From assembly GCA_041690215.1 (NCBI GenBank), contig JAWLHQ010000002.1, positions 154,189 through 218,188 on the forward strand: 64,000 nucleotides of DNA, in the 5' to 3' direction. The notes under the pieces are model-generated. The model did not search any database, was not told the DNA's origin, and worked only from the letters and a program-made list of their open reading frames with translations. How positions within the stretch are numbered: the first letter of the stretch is position 1; every line of letters starts with the position of its first letter. Made by a program: the position numbers and the translations under genes. Below, in pieces: positions 46,292 to 55,489 of this stretch. The DNA comes from Rhodothermales bacterium (GTDB taxonomy: Bacteria > Bacteroidota > Rhodothermia > Rhodothermales > DASSAV01).

Positions 46292-47572
46292 TTACGGCCT
46301 CCCGCCTTTTGCCCCTTTCAACCCCTTCAGGCTCCGCTGGGACAGTAGGTTTACGTCATACGAACGAATGCGACCGTTCTTGGCCTGGTGACGCGCAAGA
46401 CCGATCTGGATCATCCGGTGCGTAAGCTCTTCGAAGGGAATGCCCGTAGGTTCCCAGAGGTAAAACGAGAACGAGCCGGGGATGGTATTGATTTCGTTGA
46501 AGTAGACGGCCCCGGTGGCCTCGTCGATCATGAAGTCGATACGTGCCACACCGGCACACTCGAAGAGTTGGAAGACACGCACACCCAGTTCCTGGATCAT
46601 CTTCGACTGTTCCTCCGAGAGCGGCGCCGGAATGATGCGGTCCAGCGAAGCCATTCCCGCAGCGCCGCCCCTACCCGCCTTACTGCCGCGCCGGGCGGCC
46701 ACGCCTTTCGATCCGCCACGTCCCTTCGCCCCGCCTCCACCACCGCGCATATACTTCTCCTGAAAGGTCAGCATCTTCGCCCCTTTCGTGCGAACAGGTT
46801 CCTCCAGAACGCTCGGTATAGCCTGCTGCGGATCGCCTAGCACGGAGCAGTTGATCTCACGGAGCTGTTGTACGGCATGCTCGATGACGATCTTGTCGTC
46901 GTACCGCAGTGCGTCCTCGATGGCGGCATCCAGTTCGTCCCGGGTGTCCGCCTTGGCAATGCCGATGGATGACCCCAGGCGAGCCGGCTTTACAACGACC
47001 GGGAGGCCCAGTTCGCGCTCGATCCGGTCCAGCCATTCCTCTTCGTGGTAGCCCCAGTCCGACTCACGAAACCAGAGAAAATCCACGATGGGAATTCCCT
47101 GGTCGCGACAGAGCATTTTGGAGAGCACCTTGTCCATGCCAATGGCCGAACCGAAGACTCCGCTCCCCGTATAGGGCACGTTGAACGTCTCACAAAGCCC
47201 CTGGAAACTTCCGTTCTCCCCTTCACCGCCGTGGAATCCGAGGAATACCACGTCGATGCGATACCGCTCCGGCTCGCCGCCGAAGAGCCCTTTCCTCCCG
47301 GCTCCGACGAGATCCATGGTGCCGAACGACCCGGGGTCCAGAATGACCCGTGTGGCTTCCCGGCGCAGTTTGTCAAGGTCCTGATAGGCCTCGATGTCCA
47401 GCAGCCGCTTACCGCTGTACCACGTTCCATCCTTGGCAACGTATATGGGGATGGGATTGTAGCGGCTCCTGTCAAGCGCATGGAGCGCCTGCAGGGACGA
47501 GATTACAGAAACCTCATGCTCCGGCGAGACTCCGCCGAAAGCGACACCGACGTTTAAGCGAGAATCAGGCAC
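46292..47572 (-). CDS. ddl: D-alanine--D-alanine ligase family protein with a Gly/Arg/Lys-rich insertion
   Basis: VGVAFGGVSPEHEVSVISS N-terminus. ATP-grasp blocks (PVVVKPARLGSSIGI, EINTIPG). Roughly 35-aa low-complexity insert MRGGGGGAKGRGGSKGVAARRGSKAGRGGAAG at about nt 46646-46750. Confidence 0.85.
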   Translation of the reverse strand: MPDSRLNVGVAFGGVSPEHEVSVISSLQALHALDRSRYNPIPIYVAKDGTWYSGKRLLDIEAYQDLDKLRREATRVILDPGSFGTMDLVGAGRKGLFGGEPERYRIDVVFLGFHGGEGENGSFQGLCETFNVPYTGSGVFGSAIGMDKVLSKMLCRDQGIPIVDFLWFRESDWGYHEEEWLDRIERELGLPVVVKPARLGSSIGIAKADTRDELDAAIEDALRYDDKIVIEHAVQQLREINCSVLGDPQQAIPSVLEEPVRTKGAKMLTFQEKYMRGGGGGAKGRGGSKGVAARRGSKAGRGGAAGMASLDRIIPAPLSEEQSKMIQELGVRVFQLFECAGVARIDFMIDEATGAVYFNEINTIPGSFSFYLWEPTGIPFEELTHRMIQIGLARHQAKNGRIRSYDVNLLSQRSLKGLKGAKGGRP

Positions 47573-47709
47573 TGTAGAGAGCGAGGCTGGACTGTATAGC
47601 GCGTGGTATGATACGCAGGCACCCGATCAGCATGCCTGCAAAGCTGCCGCAAGTTACGCGGGAGTAAGAAACCTTCTTCCTGCGACACGCGGCATATTTA
47701 CGTAACATG

Positions 47710-49008
47710 TCAGGCGCGTGCGCTGTTTTCTGCCATGACAAACTGGCCTTTGTTGTAGATCGCCCAGGCGCGCCCCACCATGCCCTGGCCAATAAAGGGG
47801 GTGTTGTGGCTCTTGGAGCGGATGTCCCGCTCTTCGAAGGTCCACTGCGTACTGGCATCGAACACGGTGAGATTGGCACGCTGCCCCTCCTCGATCCGCG
47901 GCATCGGAATCCGGAGAATCCGGCGCGGTTCGACGGTGATCTTCCGAACGGCCTCAGTCAGTGTGAGCACGCCGGGCGCAATCAGTTCCCGTCCGATGAG
48001 CCCCCATGCCGTCTCCAACCCGATGATGCCGAACGGCGCCGCAATGAACTCGACCTCCTTTTCGAACGAAGCATGCGGGGCGTGATCCGTACAGATCGCG
48101 TCGATGGTACCATCTCTCAGCCCCTCTTTCATCGCCTCGACGTCCTCTCGTGTGCGAAGCGGCGGATGCATTTTGGTATTGGTGGAGTAGTGCATGTACT
48201 CCACCGCCTCATCAGTCAGCGTAAAGTGGTGTGTACAGACCTCCGTCGTCACATGTACGCCGCGTGCCTTCGCCTGACGAACGAGTTCGACGGCACGCGC
48301 CGTCGAGATATGCGCGACGTGAATATGCCCGCCAACGACTTCAGCCAGAAGCAGATCCCGGGCGATCATCACTTCTTCAGCCAGTGGAGGAATGCCCGGC
48401 ACTCCTAGCCTCGTAGCGACGGCTCCTTCGTTCATGTGGCCGTGGCGATTCAGCGTAAGATCTTCCTCGTGGTTGATAATGGGACGGTCGAGCATCGAAC
48501 TGTATTCGAGCGCCGTCCGCATGAGCCCCGCATCCTGCACCGGGGCGCCATCGTCGCTGAACGCGACCGCCCCGCCTTCGGCGAGGTCTGCCATCTCCGA
48601 GAGTTCTTTCCCCGCGCGATCCTTTGATACGGTCGCAATCGGATATACGTCTACAGCCGTCCGATCCGCCCGTTCGATGATGAATTCTACCACATCCCGG
48701 GTATGGATGGGTGGATTCGTATTCGGCATGCAGGCTACGGCGGTAAACCCTCCGAATGCCGCCGCGCGGCAACCCGTCTCAATGGTTTCCTTGTACTCGT
48801 AACCCGGCTCGCGCAGATGGACGTGCATGTCCATCCACCCCGGAGAAATGTACTTGTCCGTACAGTCTAATACCGGAACGCTTTCCGCCGTCAACCCCTC
48901 CCCGATCTGAACGATGGTTCCATCCCGTATGAGCACATCCGCCTTGTAGGTATTGCCAGTCTCCGGGTTCAATACGGTCCCGCCTCGCAGAAGAATATCG
49001 TCAGCCAT
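47710..49008 (-). CDS. pyrC: dihydroorotase
   Basis: PGWMDMHVHLREPG metal-binding motif, plus the FGGFT, DHAPH and related blocks of amidohydrolase-type PyrC. Confidence 0.85.
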   Translation of the reverse strand: MADDILLRGGTVLNPETGNTYKADVLIRDGTIVQIGEGLTAESVPVLDCTDKYISPGWMDMHVHLREPGYEYKETIETGCRAAAFGGFTAVACMPNTNPPIHTRDVVEFIIERADRTAVDVYPIATVSKDRAGKELSEMADLAEGGAVAFSDDGAPVQDAGLMRTALEYSSMLDRPIINHEEDLTLNRHGHMNEGAVATRLGVPGIPPLAEEVMIARDLLLAEVVGGHIHVAHISTARAVELVRQAKARGVHVTTEVCTHHFTLTDEAVEYMHYSTNTKMHPPLRTREDVEAMKEGLRDGTIDAICTDHAPHASFEKEVEFIAAPFGIIGLETAWGLIGRELIAPGVLTLTEAVRKITVEPRRILRIPMPRIEEGQRANLTVFDASTQWTFEERDIRSKSHNTPFIGQGMVGRAWAIYNKGQFVMAENSARA

Positions 49009-49104
49009 CGAGCAATATGGGGTGGGGTTGATGCGAACGTAAAAGAAGAGCGGCTACGCTCCTTTGACGCAGCCGCTCTGAATATATCACTGGAGAGCGA
49101 GTCT

Positions 49105-51414
49105 CTACTCCTCCTTCAAATTCTCCACGAGGTATTCAGTGAGCATCGTGTAGAGGTGAAGGCGTGTCGTCCCTCCGTAGATCCCGTGGTTGCGGCCCGG
49201 ATACACCATGAAATCAAACTGCTTGTTTGCAGCTTGCAAGGCATCCGCCATCTGAATGGCGTTCTGGAAGTGCACGTTGTCGTCCAGATCGCCGTGAACG
49301 ATGAGCAAGTCCTGATCCTCACGAAGCCGGTCCGCATAGGTAACAGGCGATCCAATGCGATACCCCTCCGGGTTTTTCTGCGGAGTAGACATGTATCGTT
49401 CGGTATAGATGGTGTCGTACTGGCGCCAGTCCGTTACGGGTGCCACGGCGATGCCCGTATCGAAAACCTCGGGGCCATCGCCATAGAGCAGCGACAGGAG
49501 CGTCATGAAGCCGCCGTAGCTCCATCCCCATATGCCGATACGGTCGGCATCGATGTAGGGTTGGTCGCCAAAATAGCGGGCCGATGCAATGAAGTCCTCC
49601 GCTTCCGGTACGCCGAGTCGCTTGTAGGGTACCGTGCGGAAGTCGCGCCCCCGGGCGCCCGTTCCACGATTATCCACCCCGGCGACGAGAATATCGTGCT
49701 CTTCGGCGAGCATGTAATGCCACAACCGCTCGATGCCCGCCCATTGTTTGGTTACCTCCTGAGAGCCCGGACCGCCGTATACGTGTATGAGTAGTGGGTA
49801 TTCCTTGCTTGGGTCGAAGTCGGACGGTTTGATCAGGTAGGCATTGAGCGGTGTGCCATCGGCTCCGGGCACTGTCAGGTATTCGGGCTCGGGCAACTGA
49901 TAGGATGCCAGCAACGTGCGAAGTTGCTGGTTGTCCTCCAGCACTTTGACCTGATCACCGTCTGCCTTATGGAGCGTGACGACCGACGGCGTAATCGCGT
50001 TCGAATACGTGTCGATGTAATAGCTCAAATCCTTACTGAAGTCGATGGAGTGCCAGCCGGGACGTTCCGTGATCTTCACCGGGGCAGATGCCACGCTACG
50101 CCCGGCCCGTTTGCCTAGATCGACCGGCACCCGATACAGGTGACGTTCCAGTGGGCTCTCAATCGTAGCGGTGATGTACACGATCCCGGCATCCTCATCG
50201 ATACCGTGAAAATCGGTAATATCCCACGGGCCGGACGTAATCTGGCGCACATAGGTACCATCGTTCTCATACAGATGGAGATGCCGGTACCCATCCCGCT
50301 CGCTTAGCCACACGAAATGCTCGCCGTCTTCCAGGAAGGTCAGCAACGGTGTTTCGAGATCACCGAAGGGATCATCCAGTTCTATGCCTGCCATAGCACG
50401 TTCGGTGAGCACGTTGCGGACTTCCCCGGAGGCCGGATCGGCATAGAGCAGATCCAGCACGTTCTGATCGCGGTTCTCTCGGAACATCCACACGTAGTTC
50501 CGTCCATCGATCTGTGGGGTCCACCCGAAGCGTGGAATGTACTCGAGGCTGTCCCCGCCGGCATTCCACGTGCCGGTATCGAAGAATCGCGTCTCCTTCG
50601 TGGCCATATCGATTACCCCGATATGGATTTCGCTATTGGCCTCTCCAGCCTTCGGGTAACGAAACTCGCTGATTACCGGGTACTGCCCACGAAGGTCGGC
50701 CATGGCAAAGTTGCGGGTGTTGGACTCATCGAGCTGGGCGAAGGCGATGTAGCGTCCGTCCGGGCTCCAGTTCCACGCGTCGAAAAGGGAGAATTCCTCT
50801 TCGTATACCCAGTCTGTGGTGCCATTGATGATGCCTCCCTCCGATCCGTTCGTAGTGAGCGGAGTTTCCTGCATCGTGTTCAGATCCACGAGGAAAATGT
50901 TGCGGTCCCGCACGAAGGCGGCGTGTTCGCCGTCCGGGCTGAGCTTGGCGAACATCTGAAAGCCCTTGGAACGGTCGCTGAGCGGTGTTACCGTACCGCT
51001 GGCAACGTCATAGACGTAGTAAAACCCCTTTGTATTACGCCGCCATACGCGCTCGGAATCCGTGTAGAGAAGCACTTTCTTCCCGTCCTGGCTGTAGGCA
51101 TAATCCTCAATCCGGATAGGCCGGTTCACATCCGGAGCAACCAGGCGTTCACCCTCTATGAGCGGTTCAACCTCGTCCGTCCGAAGATCGTAGCGGACGA
51201 GATCCGTAATTCCCCCCTCCTCGATGATGTATGTAACCGTGGCCCCCTCGTCCGTCCACCGCCCGCCTTCGAAACCACGTTCATAGAATTGAGGCGAAGC
51301 AAACAAGTCCTGGAGCGTGAGCTGACGGCGTGCTGATTGCTGAGCGTAAACGTTCAGTCCCGTGCCAATGAAGAGTAGCGCCCATATCAGCACTACATAG
51401 CTCGATTTCCGCAT
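49105..51414 (-). CDS. dipeptidyl-peptidase IV family (S9B) serine peptidase
   Basis: Signal peptide. DPP-IV N-terminal beta-propeller region. C-terminal catalytic GWSYGG nucleophile elbow and HGDLDDNVH. Confidence 0.85.
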   Translation of the reverse strand: MRKSSYVVLIWALLFIGTGLNVYAQQSARRQLTLQDLFASPQFYERGFEGGRWTDEGATVTYIIEEGGITDLVRYDLRTDEVEPLIEGERLVAPDVNRPIRIEDYAYSQDGKKVLLYTDSERVWRRNTKGFYYVYDVASGTVTPLSDRSKGFQMFAKLSPDGEHAAFVRDRNIFLVDLNTMQETPLTTNGSEGGIINGTTDWVYEEEFSLFDAWNWSPDGRYIAFAQLDESNTRNFAMADLRGQYPVISEFRYPKAGEANSEIHIGVIDMATKETRFFDTGTWNAGGDSLEYIPRFGWTPQIDGRNYVWMFRENRDQNVLDLLYADPASGEVRNVLTERAMAGIELDDPFGDLETPLLTFLEDGEHFVWLSERDGYRHLHLYENDGTYVRQITSGPWDITDFHGIDEDAGIVYITATIESPLERHLYRVPVDLGKRAGRSVASAPVKITERPGWHSIDFSKDLSYYIDTYSNAITPSVVTLHKADGDQVKVLEDNQQLRTLLASYQLPEPEYLTVPGADGTPLNAYLIKPSDFDPSKEYPLLIHVYGGPGSQEVTKQWAGIERLWHYMLAEEHDILVAGVDNRGTGARGRDFRTVPYKRLGVPEAEDFIASARYFGDQPYIDADRIGIWGWSYGGFMTLLSLLYGDGPEVFDTGIAVAPVTDWRQYDTIYTERYMSTPQKNPEGYRIGSPVTYADRLREDQDLLIVHGDLDDNVHFQNAIQMADALQAANKQFDFMVYPGRNHGIYGGTTRLHLYTMLTEYLVENLKEE

Positions 51415-51616
51415 ACTTTACCGATTCCGGGCTTAACTATTCGAACGAAAAGGGGCGCAGGTACTACCAAAAGTAAGAAGTGAAAGATCCTGTTACCCAT
51501 ATCAGATCGTTACAAGATCCGTGCAACTACGCTGCTACATGCTCTAGAGAGCCGAACATCGCGCCGCTGCAGCGAGTTGGAGGGGCGGCTGCCTTCTTCA
51601 TTTTCCTGGACTCGCT

Positions 51617-52813
51617 ATGGCCGATCAAGAACCTGCATTGGATGACATTCCCGTCAGGGAATCGGAAGAAGTGGACATCGACGCTCTTGCCCCGACAGTA
51701 GCCGAAATCAACCTCGGCAACCTCCGGCATAATACACGTGTGCTCAAGCGCTACGCCGGGCGAGCAGACCTGATGGGTGTCGTCAAGGCCAATGCTTATG
51801 GACATGGAGCCGTGCAAGTCGTGCACGTCCTCCAGGAGGAGGGTATCCGGGACTTTGCCGTTGCGACGCTGCCCGAAGCGATCCGGCTTCGGCAAGCCGG
51901 CATCACGGATTCGATTCTCGTTTTCGCGGCGCCTCTCCCCCAGCACCTACCCTACTATGCCAGCTTTGATGTTGGAATCACGATCTCGTCATTGCAGGTA
52001 GCCGAAACGGCCGTTGAAGTAGCAAAGAAGTGGGGTCCGCTCCGCGTGCATATCAAAGTCGATACAGGCATGGGCCGAATCGGCCTGCTGCCGAACGAAA
52101 TCGAGACCGCCCTCCGGCTCCTGGAGCAAACGAACAATATCGAAATAGCGGGGTTATGGACTCACTTCGCGATGGCAGACGAGGAGCACGACACGGCCAC
52201 GAGTGAACAACTGAAACAATTTCAGGCCGTGTTCGAGCAGTTTGGAGATCGCGCCGCGCGGATCCATATCGCCAACAGTCCTGCCGTACTCCGCTATACG
52301 GAGGAGCTTCAGGATTTCGACCGGGCACTCGTACGTGCGGGTATCGCGTTATACGGCTATACGAACTTGCCCGAACTAACGAACACTGCTGGTCTGCGTC
52401 CCGTCATGACGGTCCGCTCACACGTAATCCATACCAAAGTCGTAGCGCCCGGCACGCCGATTTCATACGGCCATACCTGGCGTTCTCCCGGCTGGCGCCG
52501 GATCGCGACGGTGAGCGCCGGTTATGCGGACGGGTACCCGCGTATTGCTTCCAATAAGGCAGAAGTAACCATTGGCGGCAATCGCTACCCACAGGTCGGC
52601 AAGGTCTGCATGGATATGTTCATGGTCGATCTAGGAGAGCCTTCAGGCCCTGGAGAAGGTGTGCAGGTAGGAGACGAAGTCATCTTGTTTGGAGATGCCG
52701 GACCAAGCGCCTACGAACTGGCCCTGTGGGCTGAGAGCATTCCGTACGAGATTACGTGCAGGGTTTCGGCCCGTGTGCCACGCATGTACGTCGATAACCA
52801 GCTAGAAACCTGA
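51617..52813 (+). CDS. alr: alanine racemase
   Basis: VVKANAYGHGA PLP-lysine motif. C-terminal ..GY.DGYPR.. and VCMD blocks. Confidence 0.85.
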   Translation: MADQEPALDDIPVRESEEVDIDALAPTVAEINLGNLRHNTRVLKRYAGRADLMGVVKANAYGHGAVQVVHVLQEEGIRDFAVATLPEAIRLRQAGITDSILVFAAPLPQHLPYYASFDVGITISSLQVAETAVEVAKKWGPLRVHIKVDTGMGRIGLLPNEIETALRLLEQTNNIEIAGLWTHFAMADEEHDTATSEQLKQFQAVFEQFGDRAARIHIANSPAVLRYTEELQDFDRALVRAGIALYGYTNLPELTNTAGLRPVMTVRSHVIHTKVVAPGTPISYGHTWRSPGWRRIATVSAGYADGYPRIASNKAEVTIGGNRYPQVGKVCMDMFMVDLGEPSGPGEGVQVGDEVILFGDAGPSAYELALWAESIPYEITCRVSARVPRMYVDNQLET

Positions 52814-52947
52814 TACAGGCATCTATGTAGGAACGGGATTATGTGATAATACGCACCATTCCTTACCAGGAAACCTTATCTTTATCTTATTCCGTTCAAG
52901 CGCGGAAAAATCTAAGCATTGCATCAACACAGCCGTCTATCTATAGC

Positions 52948-53655
52948 ATGAGCAAATCTCATCCCTCCGAAATCAATATTCTCGTCGTTGATGACGAAGA
53001 AGATATCGTCGACATCATCAGTCACTTCCTCAGAAATGAAGGATACAATGTCGAGACCGCTTTCGATGGAGAGGAAGCCCTCGCAAAGGCAACGCCGGAT
53101 ACCGATCTCATCCTCCTCGATATCATGCTGCCCGGACTCGACGGATTTGAAGTGTGCCGGCGGCTCCGGTCTCGCGTCGAGACAGAGACGATCCCGATCA
53201 TCTTTCTGAGTGCGAAGATCGAGGAGGAGGACCAAGTCAAGGGCCTCATGCTGGGTGCCGACGACTACCTGACGAAACCCGTTTCCCCGGGCGTCGTGCT
53301 TGCGCACGTCAAAGCCGTCCTCCGGCGAGTAGGTATCGAAGAAAGTCGCACGATCCAGGTCAACAACCTGACGATCTACGAAGACGAATACCGGGCCACT
53401 CTCGACGGACAAGACCTTGGCCTCACACTGACGGAGTTCGAACTCCTCCGCTATCTCGTACGGCACCCGCGCAAAGCATTCACGCGCCAGCAGCTCCTAG
53501 AGACGATCTGGAAAGACGCCATGATGGTCACCGAGCGGACCGTGGATGCCCACATCAAAAACCTCCGTGAGAAGCTGGGCTCCTTCGCACAGCACATCCA
53601 GACCGTTCGCGGTGTAGGTTACCGCTTCGTAGAGGATAGCTCTGTTGAGGCCTAG
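52948..53655 (+). CDS. OmpR/PhoB-family response regulator
   Basis: ILVVDDEEDI, LILLDIMLPGLDG, and a winged-helix C-terminus (RTVDAHIKNLREKL...VRGVGYRF). The ORF track starts at 52843; I prefer ATG at 52948. Confidence 0.85.
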   Translation: MSKSHPSEINILVVDDEEDIVDIISHFLRNEGYNVETAFDGEEALAKATPDTDLILLDIMLPGLDGFEVCRRLRSRVETETIPIIFLSAKIEEEDQVKGLMLGADDYLTKPVSPGVVLAHVKAVLRRVGIEESRTIQVNNLTIYEDEYRATLDGQDLGLTLTEFELLRYLVRHPRKAFTRQQLLETIWKDAMMVTERTVDAHIKNLREKLGSFAQHIQTVRGVGYRFVEDSSVEA

Positions 53656-53698
53656 TTTCTTCGATAATGGCGCCGAGCCGCGGCGTCGCTCTGGCTCT

Positions 53699-55159
53699 AT
53701 GCGCTGGCTCAAACGAGTCGGAGACTGGTTTTTCCCGCCCCGCGCGTCAGTGCAAACGTGGATGATTCTCACGTTTGCACTGTTCGTCGGGACAGCGGTG
53801 GCCGGCGTGGCGTTGTACGTCTTGTTCGTGCTGAACGACGAGATCCAAGACGCCACGAAGCGATTGCTGCACCAGCAGGCAGAGCAAATCGCGGCTCAGG
53901 TCGAGCAAGCTCCGTCGGATGCGGAACGGATCAATATCATCCGTACGCTGAACAACGTTACGGACCTGGAGATCGCCGTAGCTTCGGCCGACACGGTTTA
54001 CGGAAGCGGCGACCTCGGTGCGCTCGTCGCAGCACGTGATTCGTTTCTGTATCAAGTCCAGGTACCCGCGGAGGAACGGTGGACCTTACAGCGTGAAGAG
54101 CAAGCAGGCTACCGAGACATGCTCTACGTAACACTGGACCGGCCTCAGTCCGGCCTCGTGTTTCGTATCGGGCAGCCGGAGCCTGCGTTGCTCGACCTTG
54201 TGCGCCGGATGCAGGCCGGCCTCATCGTTGGTATGGCGATGGCGCTTCTGCTGGCCATTCTGGGAAGCTGGGTCGCAGCACATCAGGTCACCAAGCCCCT
54301 GCAAACCATCGGAAATAGCGCCCGGCGGATCAGTGAGGGTAAGTTCGACGAGAAGATCACCGTTGATTCGCGCGCTATAGAGTTCCAAGAACTTGCGAGG
54401 AGCCTGAACCGGATGTCCGGAGGCTTTCGGAAGCAGATCGAGGAACTCCAACGGTTGGCTCGCATCCAGAACGAGTTCATAGGCAACGTCTCGCACGAGG
54501 TTCGCAATCCGATCTTCGCCGTCGGCGGATACCTCGAAGCACTCGGAACCTCCAGCCTCAACGACGAGCAACGCAAGCGCTATTCGGAGAAGGGCCTCGC
54601 CAATCTCCAGCGGCTCAATAACCTCTTCAACGACCTCATCGAGATTGCGCGGCTGGAATACCGGGAGGACCTCATCCAGCCCAAAGTCTTCGACCTAAGC
54701 GATATGGTGGATGAGGTAGCCGAAACCCTGCGTCCCAAAGCGGAAGAGAAAGGGCTTGCACTCGAAGCGGCAAACCCGCAAATCTTCGTATTTGCGGACC
54801 GGAACCGTATCCGTCAGGTCCTCACGAACCTGATCGAAAATGCTATTGCATACACCGACGAGGGCACGGTCCGTTGCCGCTTCCGGCGTCGGCTGGACAA
54901 GGTCCGCATCGAGGTCGTGGATACCGGCCGCGGCATTCCGGAAGAGCACCTCGAACGTATTTTCGAGCGGTTTTACCGCGTCGACCCGGACCGGTCCCGT
55001 AAGAGCGGCGGTACCGGACTAGGGCTGAGCATCGTCAAGCAGATCCTTCACGCTCACGGCGAACAAATTCACGTAGAAAGTACGGTGGGACGCGGGACGC
55101 GTTTCTGGTTCGAACTGCCGTATGCAAACAAGCCTGAGGAAATCCCTGCCTCGGCCTGA
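53699..55159 (+). CDS. sensor histidine kinase (HAMP-HisKA-HATPase)
   Basis: Two TM segments. HAMP region. H-box FIGNVSHEVRNP. N, G1 and G2 boxes (NLIENAI, DTGRGI, GGTGLGLSI). Start is uncertain (TTG 53645 or ATG 53699). Confidence 0.85.
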   Translation: MRWLKRVGDWFFPPRASVQTWMILTFALFVGTAVAGVALYVLFVLNDEIQDATKRLLHQQAEQIAAQVEQAPSDAERINIIRTLNNVTDLEIAVASADTVYGSGDLGALVAARDSFLYQVQVPAEERWTLQREEQAGYRDMLYVTLDRPQSGLVFRIGQPEPALLDLVRRMQAGLIVGMAMALLLAILGSWVAAHQVTKPLQTIGNSARRISEGKFDEKITVDSRAIEFQELARSLNRMSGGFRKQIEELQRLARIQNEFIGNVSHEVRNPIFAVGGYLEALGTSSLNDEQRKRYSEKGLANLQRLNNLFNDLIEIARLEYREDLIQPKVFDLSDMVDEVAETLRPKAEEKGLALEAANPQIFVFADRNRIRQVLTNLIENAIAYTDEGTVRCRFRRRLDKVRIEVVDTGRGIPEEHLERIFERFYRVDPDRSRKSGGTGLGLSIVKQILHAHGEQIHVESTVGRGTRFWFELPYANKPEEIPASA

Positions 55160-55489
55160 CTTCTGCGCCTCCGCAGCGCTATAATCCGCTACATATTCAG
55201 GCCTTAATGACACTTGCACATACCGGTGACAACCGTATGTCCCGCTCCCATGGGGGCACCTTTCAGACAGACCTGTCGTTTGTCTTCCCGCCTGAATATG
55301 TTACCTTCTAAGGGGGACCATCCCCCCTGTTCTGGTTCCAAGAAACCAGTGATAGCCATTTGCGGTCCCTATGTTAGGATGTGGTGGCTTTCGCTTCCCT
55401 CTTCATCTCTGGAAGCTCCGCTGTCCCATCCACCAAGGCGAGCACTCTACAATTTCTCAGCATCCGTGCTGGTTAGTGTCTAAGTATAT

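Noticed and set aside
55201-55214. GCCTTAATGACACT, resembling the first 14 nt of the minus-strand repeat (GCCTTAATCGCACC)
   Set aside because: Only 11 of 14 bases match, there is no second copy, and no spacer-like periodicity. I judge it to be chance.
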